Assembly: GCA_011364965.1 (NCBI GenBank)
Contig: RDOB01000002.1
Location: 128,001-192,000 of the forward strand
Source of the DNA: Candidatus Heimdallarchaeota archaeon
GTDB lineage: Archaea > Asgardarchaeota > Heimdallarchaeia > Hodarchaeales > Hodarchaeaceae
Direction: 5' to 3'
Length of the DNA: 64,000 bases
Positions within the stretch are counted from its first letter, which is position 1; every line of letters begins with the position of its first letter. The notes below the pieces were generated by a model that saw only the letters and a program-made list of their open reading frames with translations, searched no databases and was not told where the DNA came from. Below, in pieces: positions 50,034 through 58,660 of the stretch. The position numbers and the translations under genes are program-made.

Positions 50034-52661
50034 TTATGCTTGTGAAGATAGAAAATCTTTGATATAAGCGATCTCTAACTCAGTAATTTTAAATAATTCA
50101 TAGATTATTTTATTGATTTTATCAAACTCACCAATAAATTTATTCGAGTTATTGAACATCTTCCTTACTAAATTTACCAAATACGAATAATTCTTTGAAT
50201 TTTTCATCAAAAAAATTGGAAAGTGTTCAATTTGACGTGGATAAAATTCATACACGTTGCCTAAATTTTTAATAGAGTTGAGTGCATAGAAAGTGAGAAG
50301 CTCTGAATTGAGCAATGAAAGCAAATAGTAAAGTATATCTTCCTCAGTTCGATATTCATCTTTGGGAATAAGCCAAATCACATCCTTTGAAGAGAGCGAA
50401 CCTAGTTGATCTAAAGCAAAGGTATTTTTTTTGGATTTATATGGTGAGACGATTTTTGGACGTTCCCAATCCATTGTATTTCTTTCATCACCTTTTCTCC
50501 ACAAAAAATATTTTTGAACCCTCGATCTGTCAAATAACAGCTCTTTATTATTTCTTAGATAATCCATGAGTTTAACATCTTCTAAAATATCCTTTTCTTT
50601 ATAAAAGGGAGCAAAAATCACTTTTCTTTTTTTATATTCAACAAAATAGTTTTTAATGTCTTTACCTTTGATCCATGTTCTCAAATTAGAATCTTTTATT
50701 CCCATCTCATTTGAAAAATAGTCAGGTTTGTTTGTTGTGAAAACTTTGTCACAACCAGTCTCCACTCCTTTACTTATATCAAAAAATTGATTCAGGGTAA
50801 AGTTTGAAGCTTCTCTAATCTTTTTAAGAATTTTAAGAGTCATTTCATTATGAAATATCCATTTTTGTGGTTTTAATGAATTTTGATGTACTTGTAAGAA
50901 AGAATCATAATTCAAATCATTTTTCGGAGTATAGCGAAAAACAGCGATAGAATTTGTTTTCATCTCCTTTTTTTTCAGTATTAATACAATATTACTTATT
51001 TGTACTTCATTGAATAAGGAAATATTCAAAAAATCGTGGATTTCAAGTATTTGAGCAGAATTTTGAATAAATTCTCGTGTTCTAGCTGCATAAACGCTAT
51101 GCAGTAAATATTTTGGCAAAATAAATCCCAATAATCCTCTTAAGGGTTTTAAAGCTTCAATGCTCCTAACCAGAAAAAAGTAGGAAATATCATTATTTCC
51201 TGTGTAGATTTCTGGATATATAAAGCTCAATCTTTTTCTCAATAGTAGAGGAAGATCTGTTAGAGCAATAAAAGGTGGATTTCCGAGAATAATATCAAAT
51301 TTAGGATTTTTTCCAATTTTGAAGTCTATCCAATGAAATAAATTCGTAATTGTTGAAGGTTGTAGATGAGGTTGAAGAATAGATAGCTCATTAGCCTCTC
51401 CCCTAGTCATTGGTGATGAAAAAACAGCATATAGAGTAGTATTTGTTTGAAATGTATTTGAAAACCTTATTTTTGTTAAGGAAATGTCATCTAGTTTTAA
51501 TTTTAATGATGTCCATCTAATACGATCTCCTTCAAAAATAAGATATCGAAATTTAGGAATTTTTCTGAATATTTCTAATAATCCCGAAATTGTATTTTCA
51601 TTATCGAATTCATTATTATTAACATTATTAAAAGTGATTCTATAAACGGGATACTTCAATTCTAAATTCTTATTAAATAAATCATCTCGAGAGCATTCTA
51701 TGTTATCATTTTCTTCTCTCTGGTTTTCATTATTTTGAAATCCAAATAATGAGTTCCCTTTATATATATTGCATCGAAAAGGAGTTTCTTTAGAGTTACT
51801 CGAATCAAAACTCCATAACCATAATTTTAATCTTGAAATAAGAATTGCTACTGTATCTATATCAATACCAAATAAAATATTTTCAACAATCATTTTTTTA
51901 ATCGTTATTTCATCAGTTGGGGTAGAAAAAGATTCAAGCATTTCATTAATTATATTTCCACAGGCAATTAGGAAAATTGAACTTCCAGTAGCTGGATCCA
52001 GTATTTTTAAATTTGAAATTTGCTTTATTATATGTCTATTATCTGAGGAATCCTCTAAGTGAATTCTAGATATCCAAGAATTCACCATTTTTTCCGAAAG
52101 TTTAAGAGCAAACCAATATGGAGTGTAAATTTGGCCAAAACTTTCTATGTCGGTCTTATATGATCTTGAAATGAACTTTACATAATCAAATATAGAAAAA
52201 TCTATTACATTACTTTCTTGATCATATTCTTTAGTATGGTCGTTGATCCAGACGTAATTTTCCTTAAATTCTCTTGCAATGTTTTTCCAATTGATTTTAT
52301 TCAATTTAACTTGATCTACATAATCATAATGGTCAAAAAGATTAAAACAAACCTCTTTTGGTATTATGGAATTTATAAAATTTAAAAAATCCTTTTCTTG
52401 AAACAAAATTTCCTCCCAGGTCGTAATCTCTCTATTTTTCTTATCTATTTTATTTGGATCCAAAAAAAATAATGAGATAAATTGTAAGAGGATTATTTTG
52501 GAATAATCCATTTGTAAATGGCTTGGAATGATAACATCTGCAATATTTTCATATAGATTTTCTAATAGTATGCGAATACTTCTTGGTAGTTGCTTAATGC
52601 CCTTATTTCTGTCCTTAAGACAAAATATTAGCTTTTCCTCCAACCAAGAGAATCTAATCAT
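50034..52661 (-). CDS. Amino-DNA methyltransferase (Eco57I/TaqI-like) with TRD
   Basis: GQIYTP, ILDPATGSSIFL, FGIDID, GNSL, FDIILGNPPF and KGVETGCDKVF motifs. Confidence 0.88.
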   Translation of the reverse strand: MIRFSWLEEKLIFCLKDRNKGIKQLPRSIRILLENLYENIADVIIPSHLQMDYSKIILLQFISLFFLDPNKIDKKNREITTWEEILFQEKDFLNFINSIIPKEVCFNLFDHYDYVDQVKLNKINWKNIAREFKENYVWINDHTKEYDQESNVIDFSIFDYVKFISRSYKTDIESFGQIYTPYWFALKLSEKMVNSWISRIHLEDSSDNRHIIKQISNLKILDPATGSSIFLIACGNIINEMLESFSTPTDEITIKKMIVENILFGIDIDTVAILISRLKLWLWSFDSSNSKETPFRCNIYKGNSLFGFQNNENQREENDNIECSRDDLFNKNLELKYPVYRITFNNVNNNEFDNENTISGLLEIFRKIPKFRYLIFEGDRIRWTSLKLKLDDISLTKIRFSNTFQTNTTLYAVFSSPMTRGEANELSILQPHLQPSTITNLFHWIDFKIGKNPKFDIILGNPPFIALTDLPLLLRKRLSFIYPEIYTGNNDISYFFLVRSIEALKPLRGLLGFILPKYLLHSVYAARTREFIQNSAQILEIHDFLNISLFNEVQISNIVLILKKKEMKTNSIAVFRYTPKNDLNYDSFLQVHQNSLKPQKWIFHNEMTLKILKKIREASNFTLNQFFDISKGVETGCDKVFTTNKPDYFSNEMGIKDSNLRTWIKGKDIKNYFVEYKKRKVIFAPFYKEKDILEDVKLMDYLRNNKELLFDRSRVQKYFLWRKGDERNTMDWERPKIVSPYKSKKNTFALDQLGSLSSKDVIWLIPKDEYRTEEDILYYLLSLLNSELLTFYALNSIKNLGNVYEFYPRQIEHFPIFLMKNSKNYSYLVNLVRKMFNNSNKFIGEFDKINKIIYELFKITELEIAYIKDFLSSQA

Positions 52662-52680
52662 ATTTTTTTTAAGAAATTTT

Positions 52681-53052
52681 TTAGTCTCTTATCTTTTCAA
52701 ATATTATTTTTATCTTCCCAATTCCCTGATTTATTAGTTTTCGGGGCAAGTTTGGTTTAGTTTCCTCCACAAGAATATCTCCTTGCTCAATTAAGGTAAT
52801 GAAAACAGTAGTAATATTCTCTTCTACCCAGTTATCTAATTCCTCTTTATTCACAGAGGGGAAAGCTGAATTTGATTGCAGAGCTTGCTCGAATACCATT
52901 TGATGAATTCTCCTGTTTTGGTTCTCCTTCAGATCGTACCATAGATTCCGAATTAGCTTTCTTTCTTTTACTCGTAATGCTTCTATCTTCTGTAATATTG
53001 TCCATACTTTGGATGGGACTATAACAGACTCTTTTTGTTTCTTTTTGGACAT
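52681..53052 (-). CDS. Hypothetical protein
   Basis: ORF co-directional with the third MTase (19-bp gap). ATG at 53052 preferred over TTG at 53142. Confidence 0.55.
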   Translation of the reverse strand: MSKKKQKESVIVPSKVWTILQKIEALRVKERKLIRNLWYDLKENQNRRIHQMVFEQALQSNSAFPSVNKEELDNWVEENITTVFITLIEQGDILVEETKPNLPRKLINQGIGKIKIIFEKIRD

Positions 53053-53192
53053 TGTTGCTCTCTCTACTTCTTTTCGCTCTATATTGACCCCGTTGACTTC
53101 ATCAAAGTGTTTATCGTCTGAGGAGATCTTCCAATGTTTCAATTAAAAGATATGTATTTAATATATTTTTGGATTTATCCCTTCTGTTCTCT

Positions 53193-53456
53193 TTAGTAGA
53201 TATAATCCATTTTTCTTTTTTTTACATAATAACGATGGATAATGAATAGATAGAAGAAAAGTACTATACCCATACCGATCATGAGAAATGATAATGAAAT
53301 CTTAAACCAAGTAGCATCTGGGATTATGGGAAGATCTTCAAATAATTGATTAGGAATAAAGAAAGGAAATATTACTCCAGTAATAATAAGAATAAAAGCT
53401 GCGATACTCCCAAAAAATTCTGTTCGATTTCTTTGTAGGAAGCGACGAAAGGCCAT
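53193..53456 (-). CDS. Small two-TM membrane protein
   Basis: Two clear hydrophobic helices with basic flanks. Confidence 0.6.
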   Translation of the reverse strand: MAFRRFLQRNRTEFFGSIAAFILIITGVIFPFFIPNQLFEDLPIIPDATWFKISLSFLMIGMGIVLFFYLFIIHRYYVKKRKMDYIY

Positions 53457-53707
53457 TTTAGATCATTTTTCCTTTTTCATCTGGATTGAGAATTGTTTTC
53501 ATGATTTTATCCGTAATTATCAACAAATTTATACATGTGATTAAATAAACTTTCTTATTACTAGCAATAGTCGGGACTACCAAGTCTTATTTCAATAATT
53601 TTGAAGCAACTAACTTGATTTTTGTTATCCGACATAATTATTTTACCCTTATTTTTTCTTCTCTATTTTAACCTTTTTTCAAGAAAAGGAGTATCTTTTA
53701 ATCAGAC

Positions 53708-53780
53708 TTTATAAATGCATGTGATACGCCTTATAAATGTGTGAGGAATTAAGTAGGATTTATAAAGGCCGATACGCCTT
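53708..53780 (+). promoter_or_regulatory. Duplicated TTTATAAA + GATACGCCTT element in the divergent intergenic region upstream of the polymerase
   Basis: GATACGCCTT at 53723-53732 and 53771-53780, each preceded by TTTATAAA. A third TTATAAA lies between them. Confidence 0.45.
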
Positions 53781-54023
53781 GCTATCGAAGACTATTCCTG
53801 AATCAAATATGCGAATAGTTTTTTAATTCCCCAATAAGTTGTGTATATCGCGTCACCCACTAAAAGGACTGATTTTGGCTTTGTTTTCCATCTTGCTGAG
53901 CAATAATATGGAAGAATTACAGCCAATAAATGAAAAAAAGGGTTCAATTGGCATAATTATGAAAGCAGAGTTAAGTTTCTATGAAACTGACCTGTAAATT
54001 TTGTTATTTCATGAGTCGATTTA

Positions 54024-57000
54024 ATGGCATCCTCACAAAGAAGAAACGAAACATTTTTAGGTTATAGATCGTGGTTTGATGCGTTTCGATTTAATGAAAG
54101 AATCTCCCTTCCAATTTTTATTCTTGATTATCAAACATCAAGTTTTTGGAAGGAAAATGAGGAGACAATTAATGAGTATGAAACTGATCAAAATCACTCG
54201 CGATCCATGCTAATAAATGGTATACAAATTTTCTTCCTTGATGAAAATCATCAAAAACGTAAAGCATTTTTACGTCATGAACCTTACTTTTATCTCTTAC
54301 TTGAAAAAGACCTTTCAAAGGAACATCTCAATCGAATCATTTCACAAATCTATCAAATAGGAGAAAATCACGTTCAACAAATAGAGGAGAAGAATTACTA
54401 CGATGCTGCTGATCTTACATTCCTTGTTTCCAAGTCATTTCTAAAGATCACCGTTGATCATCCCGGTTCTGTTCCTAAATTACGAGATAAATGTGAAGCA
54501 TTAAATGGAGTAATCGAATGGCGAGAAGCAGATGTATTATTTCATCATAGAACTGCAATAGACCATAATTTACGCGTAGGATATTGGTATCAAGCTGAAA
54601 TCCGAGGTGGAGAAATTCAATCTATTTATCATATAAATAATAAAGCACCACCTCAATTAAAAATACTAGCATTCGATATAGAAACTGCTTTTGAAACAAC
54701 AAGAGAACCTAATCCGAACCGCGATGAAATATCAATGATTTCATTATTTACTGGAGATAGGAACTATCTTCTAGTAAATTCGTCTGTGGTTGAAACCAAG
54801 GATATCAGAAATATTGATATACTCCTAAGGTACGCTGATAAAGAACATAAGAAGCCTTGGGTGGATTGGCGATATTCAAATGATACTTTTGAAGCGCCTG
54901 AACATATTGAAAAGTATTATTTTAATATCCAGCTCTTTGATAACGAGCGAGAAATTTTACAGGCATTTTATCAAGTGATCAGAGACTATCAACCTGATGT
55001 TCTTGCTGATTTTTTTGGGGGAAGATTTGATATCCCTTTTCTTTCTGTGAGGTCAGAGCTTAACAATTTGTCTTTGGAAAGGGAAACTGGATTTAAGATT
55101 GTTTTTAAAATAGGTACCGGTAAAAGATCAAACGAAAAGACTGATTTGAAGAACAATTATACTCCTAATAGCATAGATTATGTTGAAGGAGCAGGAATTA
55201 TACATCTAGATGCCTTCCTATTTAATGAGAAATACAGTTACCTTCCCAAGAAGGATTTAGGTTTAAAACAGAGTGTTGAGAAAAAACTCAAAATTATTCC
55301 AATAGGTAGAGAAGCATTATTTGCTATCGAAGAAAATCCTGCCGAAGCTGCTGCATATGCGGGATGTGATGGATATATTTCGTGGAAATATGTTAAGGAA
55401 ATTGTCCTTGATTTTTTCATCTCTATGGGACAGATGTTTCCCGTTCCTGCTTCAGAGTTGTTATCCCGAAGATCAGGCTCTTTGGATGACTTATTGATCG
55501 ATGCAGAAAATTTCCAGCATGGAATTGTCAGTAAAAGAAAAATCTCTTCCAAAATAATTGAATCTTTTTCGCCTAAACTTGTGATAAACAATCTTGCTTA
55601 TACAGGTGGACTAGTTGAAGCTAGACGTCCTGGAATTTTCAGAAGTGATATTTTCTATGATTTTAAATCAGAGAAAGAAGCTTTAGATGAATTAAAGATT
55701 GCAATTGAAAAAGTAATACGAAAAGAAAGTATGGAATTAAATAAAAAGATTATAAAGGAGGAATTTGAGAAACAAGTCCTCTCTGAGCTTGGAGATGTGG
55801 TTATTGAGTATTCAGAAGATCCTTCTGAGATCTTATCACAAATTGAATCTGGAATGGTAAGAAATGGTGTTCCAAGAGCGAAATTAAAGATCCAGTTGAA
55901 TAAAATTCGGGATATATTAGAAAATATATCTGCATATCACCCTGAAGATGTGGAAAATATTATAGATGAGGTATTTCAAGCACTAGACAAATTAAAGCTT
56001 TCTAATGACAAAACAAAGTTAATTGGAGTTCATGTTGACGTTACAAGTATGTACCCATCTCAAATTCGTCAATATAAACTTCAACCTTCAGGAATTGTAC
56101 CTTTAACGAAATGCCAAACATGTGATTTATACGAAAAGGATGAAAGTTGCCTTTTTGACGGAGATTGGGTTATAAAAATTTCATCACAGCGTCCTTGTCG
56201 ATTTAAGGTGGAAGGTTCTAGTAAATGTGATCCCTCAGTTTGCAAAGCGGAGAATGAACTAAAATGTAAAAGGTATCAACCTTTGCAAGATTCACTTGGA
56301 CGATCTCAAGAGATTTATACCTTTAATGGAGAAAAAACAGAAGCTTATACCAGAAGAGGTGACCAATTAATACAAGTTCCAATAAGTGAAACCTATTTGG
56401 GTTTAACAACTGAACATGATCTTTTCATTTCTGTTCAACAGTGGTTACGAAGAAATGTAGAGGCAACTCAATTAACAACTAAATTGGACAAGAACTATTT
56501 TGATATATTTGAAGATCAACCTCCTGATTTTGAACTTCCTCCCAATACGTTCATGAGTATTGATACTAGAACGAAAAAAATTAGTATATTGTTATCTGTA
56601 AATTCTCGGGTGTGCCAAAAAGCATATAATTTTGTTGCCAGAATTATGGATGATTTTTTCAATACAAGGGTAAAGCATAAGTTAGAGGCCCAAAGACTTA
56701 AACAGGTTATTTCTCAAAGGAAATCTGCAAATTTAGCTATTCCTTCTGAATTAACTAGACTTCAAAAATTCCATGATAGCACACAATTAGGAATGAAAGT
56801 TCCTTTAAATAGTATATACGGACTTTTAGGTATGAAGGGAGGTGTAAGAAATGCTAGTACGCCCTGCGCTGGAATTACAACAAAATTGTCAGCAGATTTA
56901 ATCCATTGGGCTGCAGAAGAGCTAGAGTACGTTGGTTTAGTTACAGAATTAGATACTGATGGTATCTGGTTATGGGTACCCCAAGATTTTCCGCTTTTCT

Positions 57001-58427
57001 TTAAAGTTTGCCTTTCCAATCCTAATGTTAAGAACAGTAAGAAGCAATTTGAAGTAAGTCTAATCGACAAAATTCTCAACGAAAAGGTCAAGAAATTTTC
57101 TCAGAACGATAATTATTGGGTAAATGACGGGCATTGTATTAGTCGATCGCGAAAGAACTTAATTAAATTTGAACAAGACGGCCCCTATGATTTTCAGTTT
57201 GTCATGGGAAAAAAGAAATATATAATTTATAATTATGAAAATAATGAATGGCAAGAAAAAGAGATAACTGGATTAGAATCAAAAAGAGCAGACTTTTCAA
57301 AATTACAGAAATATTTTCAAGAAAAGATCATCAATAGCTATCTAGAGGACTATGATCCGCAAAATCCCATTACTTTAGAAGAGCTTTATCAAAATGCAGA
57401 TAAAATGGCTCAGAAAATAAAAGAAGAAATTTATAGCGGAACTATTGATCCTAGTTATTTCGTAAAACCAAAAGCTATCAACAAACCTTTAAGTGCTTAC
57501 AAATCCAAACTTCCCCAAGTGAACGCAGCTTATATCCTTCGAGACCTTGGTTTTTCTGTGGATCCAGGTACAAGGATCCAGATGTTAAATTTAAAAGGTA
57601 ATCATGTAATCCCTCGACAAGTTTTTGATTTTGATTTCAAGAAAATAAAGGAAGTTCTTGTTAAGCATGCAATTGCTACATTGAGTTTCATGCTGGGAGA
57701 ACTATCGACAAAAGAGGACCTAATGAAATTAATTGATGTGAATCAGTACTCAGAAGATCTTTTTGGTCCCGGAAGAATTTATGATAGAATGATAAAATAT
57801 CCAATGGAAATTCAACAAGTTTCGAGTAGTGCACAAACAACTTTGAATCTAAAATCGAAAATCAGAAGTAAGAAGACTGAGACTGATAGTAATTTTGAAG
57901 ATGAAGGCCCCATTACTGATGAGAAAGAAAATTTAAAAAATGAAAAAGCATTACCACATCTTAAACCAAAACCGAGACAAAAAAGAGGGATTCGCAGAAA
58001 GAAAAAGAGGCAGAGGAATGAAGCTCAGCCTATTGCACTTGATGCTTTACTTGAACCTTCACAATCAGTTAATAAGGGAAATAAAATTGAAATCAAAGAG
58101 AATGAGTATATAACAAGAGAAACCGAGGCCAAAAAAGTAATCCAAATAAGGGGCTCCTCCGATAAAGTAGAATCTGAAGTTTTTAGAGAAAATTCCCAGA
58201 ATAAATCTCTAAGTAAAGATGCTTTGGTTTCCACTGATGAAATTTCTGAGTTAGAATCAGATGAGATTTTTAATAATGGATCTGGCAATGGTAAGAGTGC
58301 AAAAAGTCTAGAGTTAGGAACGTTGGAGGAAGAGCTAATTGTCTGCTCGGAATGTGGGGCGTTAGTAAGCCCGCGAGAAATTACTAATGAAGGGTGTATT
58401 TTCTGTGGAGGAGAATCTTTAATCTAA
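54024..58427 (+). CDS. polB: Family B DNA polymerase, Pol epsilon-like catalytic subunit
   Basis: EPYFY, ExoI LAFDIET, ExoII RFDIPF, ExoIII YAGCD, YTGGLVE...GIFRSDI, motif A DVTSMYP, CysX CQTC..C...VCQK, motif B KVPLNSIYG, motif C ELDTDGIW, GLESKR, C-terminal CxxC-x13-CxxC. Confidence 0.92.
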   Translation: MASSQRRNETFLGYRSWFDAFRFNERISLPIFILDYQTSSFWKENEETINEYETDQNHSRSMLINGIQIFFLDENHQKRKAFLRHEPYFYLLLEKDLSKEHLNRIISQIYQIGENHVQQIEEKNYYDAADLTFLVSKSFLKITVDHPGSVPKLRDKCEALNGVIEWREADVLFHHRTAIDHNLRVGYWYQAEIRGGEIQSIYHINNKAPPQLKILAFDIETAFETTREPNPNRDEISMISLFTGDRNYLLVNSSVVETKDIRNIDILLRYADKEHKKPWVDWRYSNDTFEAPEHIEKYYFNIQLFDNEREILQAFYQVIRDYQPDVLADFFGGRFDIPFLSVRSELNNLSLERETGFKIVFKIGTGKRSNEKTDLKNNYTPNSIDYVEGAGIIHLDAFLFNEKYSYLPKKDLGLKQSVEKKLKIIPIGREALFAIEENPAEAAAYAGCDGYISWKYVKEIVLDFFISMGQMFPVPASELLSRRSGSLDDLLIDAENFQHGIVSKRKISSKIIESFSPKLVINNLAYTGGLVEARRPGIFRSDIFYDFKSEKEALDELKIAIEKVIRKESMELNKKIIKEEFEKQVLSELGDVVIEYSEDPSEILSQIESGMVRNGVPRAKLKIQLNKIRDILENISAYHPEDVENIIDEVFQALDKLKLSNDKTKLIGVHVDVTSMYPSQIRQYKLQPSGIVPLTKCQTCDLYEKDESCLFDGDWVIKISSQRPCRFKVEGSSKCDPSVCKAENELKCKRYQPLQDSLGRSQEIYTFNGEKTEAYTRRGDQLIQVPISETYLGLTTEHDLFISVQQWLRRNVEATQLTTKLDKNYFDIFEDQPPDFELPPNTFMSIDTRTKKISILLSVNSRVCQKAYNFVARIMDDFFNTRVKHKLEAQRLKQVISQRKSANLAIPSELTRLQKFHDSTQLGMKVPLNSIYGLLGMKGGVRNASTPCAGITTKLSADLIHWAAEELEYVGLVTELDTDGIWLWVPQDFPLFFKVCLSNPNVKNSKKQFEVSLIDKILNEKVKKFSQNDNYWVNDGHCISRSRKNLIKFEQDGPYDFQFVMGKKKYIIYNYENNEWQEKEITGLESKRADFSKLQKYFQEKIINSYLEDYDPQNPITLEELYQNADKMAQKIKEEIYSGTIDPSYFVKPKAINKPLSAYKSKLPQVNAAYILRDLGFSVDPGTRIQMLNLKGNHVIPRQVFDFDFKKIKEVLVKHAIATLSFMLGELSTKEDLMKLIDVNQYSEDLFGPGRIYDRMIKYPMEIQQVSSSAQTTLNLKSKIRSKKTETDSNFEDEGPITDEKENLKNEKALPHLKPKPRQKRGIRRKKKRQRNEAQPIALDALLEPSQSVNKGNKIEIKENEYITRETEAKKVIQIRGSSDKVESEVFRENSQNKSLSKDALVSTDEISELESDEIFNNGSGNGKSAKSLELGTLEEELIVCSECGALVSPREITNEGCIFCGGESLI

Positions 58428-58660
58428 AACTTCTTCTGTTATTTAAGAGAAGGATTTATCCAGTTAATATGTCATATATATTCTAATTCTTGTTATTCAT
58501 TATTATTTTCATTATTTACCACAACACAACTATTTAAAATAAAATGTAATTTTGTTACACAAAATTTATCTTATGACACTTAGGAGACTTTTTTTATCTC
58601 CTATCTCTTGGTCTGTAGTATTCAAAAATACCATCAAATCTGCATATGGGATGAACATAC

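Noticed and set aside
44350-53456. Integrated mobile element carrying the MTase trio
   Set aside because: No integrase, transposase, tRNA target or flanking direct repeats detected by eye.
53908-53997. 29-codon upstream ORF before the polymerase
   Set aside because: Too short, no SD and no motif. Cannot be distinguished from chance.
53460-54023. Replication origin upstream of the polymerase
   Set aside because: AT-rich, but no recognisable ORB/mini-ORB repeats with a G-string and no adjacent orc1/cdc6.
54024-58427. Intein in the polymerase or methyltransferases explaining their length
   Set aside because: No C/S...HN-C/S/T splice junctions or LAGLIDADG motifs seen. The extra length is explained by the P-domain-like insert, Cys insert and tail.
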